Origin: Podarcis muralis
Taxonomy: Eukaryota
Direction of reading: 5' to 3'
DNA: 64,000 nt
NCBI RefSeq assembly: GCF_964188315.1
Contig: NC_135656.1
Location: forward strand, 42,408,001-42,472,000
A model generated the notes under the pieces. That model saw only the letters and a list, made by a program, of their open reading frames with translations. It searched no databases and was not told the DNA's origin. Shown piece by piece: positions 39,075-51,000 of this stretch. Made by a program: the position numbers and the translations under genes. Position 1 is the first letter of the stretch, and each line of letters starts with the position of its first letter.

Positions 39075-42000
39075 CTAAACGAATGCCTGGGAAAACTTGC
39101 TGCAATAAAAAAGAACAATATAATGAAGGCACCTGCCTGGTGTCAATAGGCAGGGAATTCGAAAGCACAGGTGCTGCCATACTAAAAGAGAGATTCACAA
39201 ATGCAGAGTAAACATTACAGGTCACTTATAAAACTCAAGTTTTGCAGATCAAAGCAGCAAAATAGGCATGTATGGTGCAAATCAATCCCCCCAACAAACT
39301 AGATATAAGCTGTTAAGGGCTTTTTATATGTGAATACTAAGCTTATTTTAAGCTGTCTGCTTTGTGTGCATCTAATTTGTGTGATGTCAGCTGGCCGGCT
39401 GCCAAGCACGTAAATCTGCAATCGCACAAGCTAAATGTGTGCAAGTTGTGAGTCTCCTGTGCTGCTGTCGCCAAGCTATCCTGGTCCAGTTACGGGTCAC
39501 AGCTGTTGCACCAGCAGAAGCTGGGAAAAGGCTCTCTTAGCCACTGAGCACACCTGGACCTCCAGTGACAAAACTGGATTCAGAAGCACCTCCAGGCTGT
39601 GTACCTGCTACGCTGGAGTGCAGGAAACCCTCTCCAGGGCAGGAAAGGAGATCAAGAAGAAGGAGCAAGGTTGCACTCTTGATCAAAATCATCCCATCAG
39701 GCCAGCCACAGCTGGAACGGGTCCCGATAATCTGTACTTGCCACAACCCTCTTGACCACCTTCCCCCCAAAAAGTGAGTGCCTGCAACTGGTCAGTAGTT
39801 AGTCCAAACTAAAGAGCCAGCTTCTTTGGGAGTGGCCATACCCCTGCCTCTTTCAAGGTGGTAGGGACCATCTCCTTATGCAGCAAAGGATTAACCATTT
39901 ACATAGCTATTGGGCAGAATCCATTGATTATGCATAGGAAGCTATAACAATTTCCATTTCATTGCATCTAAACCTACTTGCACCAGTTCTTTCCACTCTA
40001 TACATGTCACTCAGCCAAGACAGGAAAAAATTTCCAAGCTTGCTGTGGGGCCATTCGATGTAGGGCGATTGCATCTTTCTTCAGGCCTGTGATATATCCT
40101 TTTCTCCAAGGTGCCAATTGTGAGATCAACTTCGATGACTGTGCCAGCAACCCCTGTGATTATGGCATCTGCCGCGATGGCATCAATCGTTATGACTGCA
40201 TCTGCAAACCTGGCTTCACAGGTGATGGCTGGGAGGATGAATTGCTGGTCGGGAATGGGGCAGAAGTAGGGGAAATTGAAGAGGGTCAGAGTCAACAGCT
40301 ACAGCTTTAATCAAGAGAGAATACCATGGCAGAATCTACAAGTGTTTGGCTTTGCAGGCAGAGCTTGAGGTAGCATTGCTCAATAGATGTTATAGGATTT
40401 AATGCATGCCTGGTGAAGGGGACAAAGCTGGATGAAAGCAGCAAGAAGTTTCTTCTTGGCCACTCTGTTGCTGAGCAGTCCTTTCTCCCACTTAGGTCCC
40501 CTGTGCAATGTGGAGATTAATGAATGCGCATCCAACCCCTGTAAGAATGGTGGCACCTGTGTGGATGGTGAAGACGGCTTCTCTTGCCTTTGCCCCGAGG
40601 GATTCCATGATCCACATTGCTATTCAGAAGTGGATGAGTGCAGCAGCAGCCCATGTGTGCATGGCACATGCCACGACAACATCAACGGGTGAGAGCTGAT
40701 TACCCCAGTGCATGAGCTGCTGCGACAGGATAGGCTTTGCTCCTTTTGTTCCTACAGGCCAGTGAAATGGGCTAACAATGGGTGGTGCTTCTTGGAGGGT
40801 GTAAGAAAGCTTTCCCTCTTCATCCTTTCTTTCCTCTACAGGTACCAGTGTAAGTGTGAGCCAGGCTGGGCTGGCACCAACTGTGATGTGAACCACAACG
40901 AGTGTGAATCCAACCCATGCCAGCATGGAGGGACGTGCACTGACTATGTCAATGGCTATCGTTGCAAGTGCAAAGAAGGCTTTCAGGGTATGCGTCTCTA
41001 TAGCTTTCTTGCCTTGCTTTTGTTGCCCGAACTTTACACCATGCTCAACCTCTGTCTAGCTCTTCTGTAGCCCAAGATACATATCTCACCCACATACTGT
41101 TTTCATCTCTTGCCATCTCTGGATAATACTCTGCCTGTTGTCCAAAGTTATGCCTTCTATGTAACCTTCAGTGTTTGAGCCATCTAGATCTATGAGGGAT
41201 TTGTAGGTATCTGAACCCAGCTTTCCCCCAGTTCCATTTTCTGGTCCTTCATGGGAGCTGATGTTGGTTGGTGGCATTACAAGTGGGAGAAAGATTCATC
41301 TTCAGGGATATCTGTGTTCATGGGGACCTTAATACTTATCTGGTTCTTCTGCAGGGACCTACTGCCAGACCAACATAAATGACTGTGCCTCCAACCCTTG
41401 CCTCAACCAGGGCACCTGCACTGATGGCATTGCCAGCTATACCTGCATCTGTGACTTGCCTTACACTGGTGAGCTTTGTGGGCGGTGGGGAACACCTGAA
41501 CATCTTCTGCAAAACTTAATTCTTGTTAAGGGACTTGATCTAGGGATGGGACTGTATGGCAAACCCCATGCCAGGATTTCAGTTGGGAAGGGAGGGATTA
41601 ATAAGCAGTAATTGTTTGTACTGAGTGCCATGTTAGAAATTCATATTCTGCATTTTAGCCATTCATGGATAAGTAATGCCGATAATGACTAAAGGACAAT
41701 GGTGTGATAGTTAGGCCACAAATAATGGATGGAGAATATTGCATGTGTCTGTTTCTTCCTCCTTAAAAGATAATACAGTCGTACCTCGGAAGTCCAACGG
41801 AATTCGTTCTGGAAGTCGTTCGACTTCCAAAACATTTGGAAACCAAGGCACAGCTTCCTATTGGCTGCAGGAAGCTCCTGCAGCCGATCGGAAGCCACGG
41901 AAGCTGTGTTGGATGTTCAGGTTCTGAAGAACGTTTGCAAACCAGAACACTCACTTCTGGGTTTGTAGCATTCGGGAGCCAAAACGTTTGACTCGCAAGG

Positions 42001-45000
42001 TGTTTGAGATCCAAGGTACGACTGTATGTACTTGGGTGCTCTAAAGGGAGAGTGCTTGGAGAGCTGAAATAGATGTGTGTGGTGTGAGAGAGAGAAAGAA
42101 AGAGAGACTGAGAAACAAAATGATAAGGGATGACATGTTGCCTTTACTATGTTTAGTTCTTGGGAATTGCCACTGTGCATGCTGAGTTCAGGCGACAATG
42201 TCACAACATGGGTAGGGAGAAGGATCTGAGTCACTCATCATTTGGTGATGTCACAGGCATTATCCAATAGATGCCTTTGGTATTTGTGCAACTTCCATTC
42301 TACAAGTCACTTTAAATTGCAACAGCATCTGCTTTCTGCAAACCACATTTTTAAAGCAGCAATATGTCATGGTTAGGGAGCCTGGAGATGGGTATAAACA
42401 AAAGTGCTTCCTCAAAGAAAGACATCTGGATCCATGCAACAAATGACTGGCAGCTAAACATTTGTTACTCAATAAACTGACTAACTGGGAAAGCTCTTGA
42501 ATTAACTTTATTATATATACCTTATGTATAAAGTATAATTCCCACTGACATCACTTTGTGGCTAGACATTTGGTCTCTGAACTTGATTTGTATTCCTGTT
42601 GAGTTCAAGACATACATGTTATATAGTTCAGAATAAGATGGCTATTAGGCCAGTGGAAATCCAAACAAGTACCCTTATCTATTTCTCTTCCCACAGGCCG
42701 GAATTGTGAGAATGTGCTGGCTCCCTGTTTCCCCAATCCATGTAAGAACAATGGTGTCTGTGACCACACACCGGACTATGAGAGCTTTACCTGTGGTTGT
42801 GCACCAGGCTGGCAAGGTACTCAGACTCACGAGCCATGTTCTTCCTGTACCTTTCTGAACATTGTGGCATCTAATCCTATGAGCCTATGTGCCAGTTTTA
42901 TATTTTAATTTGTTTTAATTTTGGGGTGGCTTTAAATGGCATTTTTACTAATTTGAGTTTGTATTGCTCACTGTCCTGAGTGTCTTTGGATGGAAATGTG
43001 AAAAAGAAATTTCAGAAGTGAAACTAAATATTTTTACTTGGTTTGACATTCTTTTATTGATTTTACTTCACAAAATACCTTTACCAGAAGATCTGCCATT
43101 CTAATGTGGCATATTTAGCAATATTCCTGATAGTAACATTGGGATTGGATAATTAATAATTTTCTTATATCTATGCATTCTGTGTGGTTGATTATTTGAT
43201 AGTAGACACATGCCTGGGATATTGTTTTGTTGTTTCCTTCATTGTTGTTGGTTTTTTGCTTCTCCACATAGTGGATGCAGCAATATGAAAAAGTCAATAG
43301 AAGTGGATCAGGGGCGGGGAAATGGGGGAAAAGAAACTTAAAAACAAACAGTAACCATATTTTCTTATCCCCATAGGGCAGCAATGCCAGATCGACATTA
43401 ATGAATGTGACCAGGACCCATGTCGAAATAGGGGCACCTGCACCAACACACATGGCAGTTACAGGTGTGCCTGCCGTCCCGGCTACACTGGTACCAACTG
43501 TGAGCTGGATATTGATGACTGCAAACCAAGTGAGTTCATTGAGCACATGGGACAACAGGAAAGAACAACCAAGAATCTGAGATCTTGCTAACTATGTTGG
43601 TGAGGCAGTATAGCAAAAAGAACTGGGTGAAAGTTCTAGGAAGAAGGAGCACTGGTAGGACAGGAAACCTAATAAAGAACTGGAAACTGGGCAAAAAGGT
43701 CATTAGGTGACATCTGCCTTTCCAGGCTGGCTTCCAAGTTCACATTTTGGGAAGTGGCTGTGCCTTGTCATTTGGCTTATGTCTAGAGAATTAAAATGCT
43801 AAGACAATTAAATGGTACAGACTAGATGATTTAAGCAAATTTGCTTTCTTTTACCTAAGCATAATCTGTGTTGCATCACGATTGCTAATTGCAAACTCAG
43901 AACTTTGAGTGCCAGTGCTTATGTAGCCAAGACAGAACCCTCCATGCATATGAGAGAGGTGTCGGCAGGTTTGGGTGAACCCCAAGTTTTTCACAGGACT
44001 ACAAGAAGTTTTGAAGGGGAAACGCTCCTCTTAAACAGTCCAACAAGACAGATTAAGCTTACTGACCATGGAATGCTGACGGATTGTTGTGGGTGGGGTG
44101 GGGGAAAGAAAACTGGCAGGGGAACAGGAATGCTTAGCATAGCAACAATTGCTTGCAGGTTCCATTTGTACTTCAGACTTTTAAACTTTGCAGAACTTGG
44201 ATTTCTTTGACTAGGTATAGAATCGTAGAGTTGGAAGCGACCATGAGGGTCATCTAGTTCAACCCTATGCAATGCACGAATCTTTTGCCCAATGTGGGGC
44301 TCGAACCCAGAACCCTGAGATTAAGAGTCTCATGCTCTACCGACTGAGCTATTCCAATATAGGCTAGAGCAGTACTAAGAGTAGGTTGTGGACTGTGACT
44401 GCAACTGATATTCAGACAGAACTAGATCTTATTTGGATTGAGTTGTTTGAATGTAACATTAACTCCTGTTAATGCCAGTGAAAATTCAACATGCCTGTGC
44501 TCCATCCTCAGTCTCTCCTGGATTATGTCCCTGACTCTGCATGTGTGAAGTTAAACATGACAAAAGATCTTAGTCTTTTTGTATTGGAGGATGTCCTAGT
44601 GAAAGAGTTGAGAGCTTGTCTTGATCCCTCTGAGTATTCCTATTCCTGCCAACAGATCCTTGCCTGAATGGTGGCTCCTGCCAAGATGGCATCAGTACTT
44701 TCATGTGCACCTGCCTGCCAGGCTTCACAGGCATACACTGTGCAACTGAGACCAATGAGTGCCTGAGTAACCCCTGCCGCAATGGCGCCACCTGCACAGA
44801 CTATGTCAACAGCTACACTTGTACTTGTGCGCCAGGCTGGGCTGGCCTACACTGTGAGCAGAATGTTCAGGAATGCACTGACAGGTGAGCTGATAGTTTG
44901 TCATGAGGAACAGTGACTTATGTCTGCCTATCTTTTAACTCATATTACTCAGAGGGCACATTTTGCAGAATGGATAAAGGTAAAGGGACCCCTGACCATT

Positions 45001-48000
45001 AGGTCCAGTTGTGGCCGACTCTGGGGTTGCGGCGCTCATCTCGCTTTATTGGCTGAGGGAGCCAGCGTACAGCTTCTGGGTCATGTGGCCAGCATGACTA
45101 AGCTGCTTCTGGTGAACCAGAGCAGTGCATGGAAACGCCGTTTACCTTCCCGCTGGAGCTGTACCTATTTATCTTCTTGCACTTTGATGTGCTTTCGAAC
45201 TGCTAGGTTGGCAGGAGCAGGGACCGAGCAACGGGAGCTCACCCCATCACGGGGATTCGAACCACTGACCTTCTGATTGGCAAGTCCTAGGCGCTGTGGT
45301 TTAACCCACAGCACCACCCCGGCCCCATTCATATGAACAAAGCCAAACAGCACTATATGATAGGAGTTAGTCAAGAGGGTTGGCTTACTGCTGTACAGTT
45401 CACATGTTTTATATATTCGAGCTAGTTCCCCACTGTTTCATGTTTAATAAGGACCCAGAGTTTTCTTCTCTGCTTTTTAGAACAAAGTGAGTGTCTTATT
45501 CTAGTAGCAATGTGCGGAAAGGGCTCTGTTCTAGAAAACTCTAGATGGACGAATGGTTCAGAAGTAGGTAGGATCCTGTTTAAATGGAGACAGTGTCCTC
45601 CTGTCCCCTCTTTGCTCCTAACTCCTCTGTCAGTAAAAACAGATAATTAGTTATTCATATGAACACAAGACTAAGCCTGGGGTTAAGTGCTGGATGCTAT
45701 AGGGTGACAGGAGCAAGATCTGAAGTTCCCCTGGTTGTCAGTTACAGGCAAATTCAATCCAGTTGTAAAGAATGGTCAAATATTGAGTAAGGAGGGAGGC
45801 TTATCACACAGTTGCATTTTTCACCTAGAACAGAAACTTCTGTGTAAGACAGATGCAAGCCAGCACAACTAGCCAAGTGTTAGCTGGTGGGGTAGGCCTA
45901 GCCTATGCTGGGTGTCTCTTGGGGTAGATAACCTCCTTCCTCCTTCCTTTATTCCTGACTCCTGTACTTTTGTTCCGGCAGCTCCTGCTTCAATGGTGGC
46001 ACATGCTTGGATGGAGTGAATTCGTACACATGCCACTGCCGGGCTGGCTTCAAAGGATCCCACTGCCAGCATGAGATTGATGAGTGCCAGTCACAGCCCT
46101 GCCTCAATGGTGGCGTATGCCAGGATGGTGTGCAGTCCTACCGCTGTACCTGTCCTCAGGGCTACACAGGTTCTCAGTGCCAGGTAATCCACCCCAGGCC
46201 TCTGTTGAAAGGGAATAAGGTGGTTCAGGGTTTCTCTTGTTTAAGCCTGAGCCGCTAAGTTTAGATGGAGTTTACATCTTTTCTATAAAAACCCAGTACA
46301 TATGCCTTGCAAGCAGGCCCCTAGAGAGGTTGCAGTATGGAGACACCTAATGGAGATGGATTGGGAAGGCGCCTGGGTTTCATCATCATTGGTGGGAGCT
46401 GGGTGCTTTTATTTTGCCACAAAATCTCTTGCCTTGTCATGCCCCCTCTAGACCCTGCTGGATTTGTGTAGTCGCTCCCCCTGTCAGAATGGTGGCCGCT
46501 GTATGCAAACAGGCACTACCTTATCCTGTTCTTGCCCTGGAGGTTGGACTGGGCGTTACTGCGACATCCCCAATGTTTCTTGTGAAGTGGTGGCCAGGAA
46601 CCGAGGTAAGGAAACATGCTCCAGGGGCAGTGAAACGGAAGCCCTTCTTCCTCATTTATTCTGCTATCTGCTTCCTCAGTGACCTTGATGACGCATGTTT
46701 GTCATCCAGGCTCCCCAGCATTATCAGCTTATGCTCACTGGCAAAGCTGATACAGGACTTCCAGAGTTGACACAGAGAATGTTACTTGCCTTCAGTGATG
46801 CGGGGACAATGCCCTTGGGTTCACTGGTGCTCCAATCAATATTTCAGACGGCTATTCCCAGTGGCATTGGAAACTAAAAATGCTCAACATTTGAAGTCAA
46901 TTTTTCCATGCTTCTAGGGGGCAGAATAAAGGCTGCAAATGTTGTTGCAGAAGTGATAGTTCTGTATATGAAACTCTGTAATAATTTCAAAATGGTGTGA
47001 TAATGGCTGAGGGCAAAGGAGAGTTGGTCTGGATTCCCTGGTCCTGCTATGGTACTGGAGCACGTTGCACGTTCTGTCACAATTTAACCTCTATTATCAA
47101 GACTCTAAAGAGGCTTTTTTTTACATTTTACAGAAATGTAAATTAAAATCTGACTTAGGAAACATTGGGATATTTTGTGCTTCCCCAATAAAGTGTCCTT
47201 TAAATTGAGGTGGGTGATAAAGTCTAGTGCTTGGAGGAAGCCCTTGGGTTTTGTTCTTATGACCAACTTGCTTGTACAATGTTGCTTCAGTCTTCACTTA
47301 CCCTGCTTTTAGTCACTTTGTCTAATCATCCTTTGGAAGCAGGAGGGCAGAATATGTGGCAGTACACAATGTGTAATTTGCTTTTCTGTACAATAGGTGT
47401 GACCAAAGAGCAAGTGTGTCATTACGGCGGCCGTTGCGTGGATGCTGGCAATACTCACTACTGCATTTGCAAAAAAAGCTACACCGGCAGCTACTGTGAG
47501 AGTGAAGTGGACCACTGCCAGTACAACCTGTGTCGAAATGGGGGTACCTGTCGCAGTTTTGTGGGAGACTACGTCTGTGAGGTGAGGGAGTCCTTGCAGC
47601 CAGGAACAGGCCAGGGTTCCTGGTGTCTCTTCAGAACTCTGGGAAACCTGGTGACATTTAATGAGGAGTTGTTGAATGTCCAGTGAACAATTATGAAATA
47701 AGTTGCAGATTTATGCCATTTTTTAATCTTATTTTCCCAGTAATTAAAAAACCTCTCTATTTTCTTCCAAAGTTTTATTTTGTTGAAATATGGATATGGA
47801 TTATAATTGTTTTCCCACTACTGCAACCTTCCTTACTTTGGGTGTTAACTCCTATTTGATGGCTGGTCAGATTGGTTGAACTTCCACCATGCCTTATAAA
47901 ATCCATACATCTTTTGTTTTATTCTTTGCCACATCACTGTTGCATATCAGCAATCAGTGTTGTTTCTCAAAAAATTTCTGTAAGAGGTTTTTTTCCCATC

Positions 48001-51000
48001 GTGCCAGGCACAGCCAAACCAATATTTATATGCCCTTGTGAGGGATTCAGAGAGTTGTGTTATGTGTAGAAAACAGCCTGCCCTACAAAGTAAAATTTAT
48101 GGTCATTGCTCCACCCATTTTTGCCTCTGGCTCCACCCACCACATGACTACTGGAAGGTTGCTCAGAAGGGAATGTAGCCATCAGACTGGAGAAGGTTCG
48201 CTATCTATGGTCTAGAGACGTTGAAGAAGTACAGCATTACACAGGGACCAAACAGAAATGATACACATTTTTTGTTCATCCACAAGAGCTGCAATGTTTT
48301 CTAACAACATATGTTAGCCATGATCTTGTGATACGGTTTCATAATTATGTATAATGTTTGTTCTTGCTATGTATTTTCCTTCCTTTTTATGAAGCCAGAC
48401 TGATCTATTTGTATAAATCCTGGAATAATTTGCCATAGTCTATTTGCTCAAAGTCCCATTGAAGTTTAAAAACCTTAATTTGGACAAGAAAGAGGATGGT
48501 GCAACTTGAAGGATCTTTCCCTTCCTTACGAAATTGTACTAGTTTTACTTGATTTTACACATCAATAATAGTACAGTTTAACAAACAAAACATAAATTTT
48601 AATGGAACCAAGAGCAGGAAACCTTTTCAAGGACGCAAGGCTTCAGCCTTCCTGGCCCCTTTGTGCTCATTGCTGTTTTGTCTTGTTTGCTTCTCTCCTA
48701 CTCCAGTGCCCGCTAGGGTTCGAGGGGAAAAACTGTGAGTATGACATTGATGAGTGTCAGTCACACCCCTGCCAGAATGGAGGGACTTGCATTGATCTTG
48801 TTGGCCGCTACATTTGCTCCTGTCCACCTGGAACTCTGGGTAAGTGCTTCTGGGTAAAGGGAGACCTTTACCAATATTACCTGTCGGAGGAAAGTACAAG
48901 ACTGGGGAAAGGATTTAAGTTCTGAGGGCACAGGTTTCCATTGTTGGATTTGCTATTTTGTTGAGGAATAGTGAAAGCGAGCTCTGGATTTCCCCTTAGG
49001 GCACAGGATGGAGAACATGGGCTCAGAGTTCTCCCAGGCCTCTTTTTGAGGGAGGACAGCTTCAGCAACGGTGCCCAGGGCAATGGATGGATGGATGTTG
49101 ACTCACTGTTGGGCACCGTAAAGGGCGAGGAATCTTGTTTTATCCACAGAGACAATGCAAGGATTGTGAGGAGGAGGAAGAGGTTTGTCTTCCCTGAGTC
49201 TGGATGTTTAATATGATGGGGTGTTTGTCATCTCTCTAGGTGTCTTGTGTGAAATAAATGAAGATGATTGTGCTATGAATCCTGGCTCCCGGGTCCCCAA
49301 ATGCCTCAACAACGGGACATGTGTGGACAGAGTCGGTGGCTACCGATGCAGCTGCCCACCAGGTTTCACAGGCGAGCGCTGTGAGGGAGACATCAATGAG
49401 TGCCAGTCCAACCATTGCCACCCACGCAACACACTTGATTGCGTCCAGGAAGCCAGTGACTACCACTGCATTTGCAAGCCTGGGTACACTGGTGAGTGAC
49501 CGTGTGTTCTCTTTTCATGTGGCTGATGTGTGCATGGGGCAAGGGAGAGGGTGCCCAAAGCAGACCCCAGTGATGCGTAGAGGAGCCAGGCTCAAGGGCT
49601 GCAAGTAGGAAGAATCTCCCCTGTAAAGACTTTAGGAGTTCATCTTCAACCAAGTTGGTGGAGGGGAATCCAACTGTGCAGCTAAATGCATATTTGTGAT
49701 CTAAAACAAAGATTGGAATGGTGACTGGATGAGATGAACCTCTTTGGCCATTTCAGTGAGCATATACGAACTTTGAGAACTACTGTTAAGATGCAAGGCC
49801 AAATATAGCAGGGTGGTGGTGGTCTTTGGAGCTAAGTTCTGCTGGAATCCATCAGTAATACTCTTGTTTTTCATACCCTCAGGCCGCCATTGCAAGAACA
49901 TTGTGAATGCATGTGACTCTCAACCTTGCCAGAATGGTGGGAAGTGTAATCCGGCAGTCAACCTGCCTCTAGGCTACACCTGCCACTGTCCCCGGGTGAG
50001 TCCCCTACAACACAGCTGCTCACAGCAAGTGGCTAATGCAGCTCCTGTACACAAACATTGCAAGGGGCTAGGCGAGGGAGAGAAAGGAAGACTGCGGTTG
50101 GGAGGATTAGGCGGGGGAACCGCTAGGTTGATATGTTGGTGTTGTGCTATGAATGAGTTTCAATACCTGTTAGGACAAGGTTTCTGTCTGGGAGGCTTTT
50201 TGGAGGTAGAGAGTTTAGTGTCCTCCAATGCAAAGCTTGTCATGGAAGGAGTTTCTACTTGGGAGTGGCAGGAAACAAGTCTGCAGCATGATCTTATGGG
50301 AATTCTGGTTGTGAAGCCTGCAAGTTTGATGCAGTGCCATAACACAATGCAGAAGTCTAATATTGGCTGATAAGGGAAGATGGTGCCCAGTACTGGAGGA
50401 TGTGGGGTGTGGGAAGGTACTTCTTGAGGGCAGGTGCTGGGCCTTGAGATTTGTGGAGGGAAGAATTTACTCACCAGGCTGAGCGCTTGTAAGAGGACAG
50501 CTATGGTGCCAGAGGCTTTCTGTTGTTAGGCCAGCAGTTGGAGCGATTTGAGGGCTTGGCCGGCTTTCCAATCCTAACTCTGCTTGTTATTCTTTTCCAG
50601 GGTTATTCAGGCATCCGCTGTGAGCGCATGCTCTCCTGCCGGGAACTCTCCTGCTTCAATGGTGGCAGCTGCCGGACCACAGCGCTGGGTCCTCGCTGCT
50701 CCTGCCTGCCTGGGTGGGCTGGGCCGGAATGCCGCCTGCATGCCAACAGCAGCTGTGCCAGCATGCCCTGCCACAATGGGGGTGCTTGCCATGAGACTGC
50801 TGACCCCCCTTATTTCCAGTGCCTTTGTCTTGGTGACTACACGGGGTTCCGCTGCCAGACCCGCACCCTGAAGCTCCCCGAGGTCCACTGCCCGCTGAAG
50901 GAGTGTGCTGCAAAGGCCGGGGATTTCTACTGTGACAAGATGTGCAACAGTCCAGCCTGCCACTGGGATGGCGGTGACTGTTCCCTGCGAGTTGATGATC

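Noticed and set aside
44286-44358. Functional tRNA-Lys(CTT) gene
   Set aside because: The acceptor stem cannot pair (ATTGGAA versus ATTGGGC), and the 3' flank is a CR1 tail rather than a T-run terminator.
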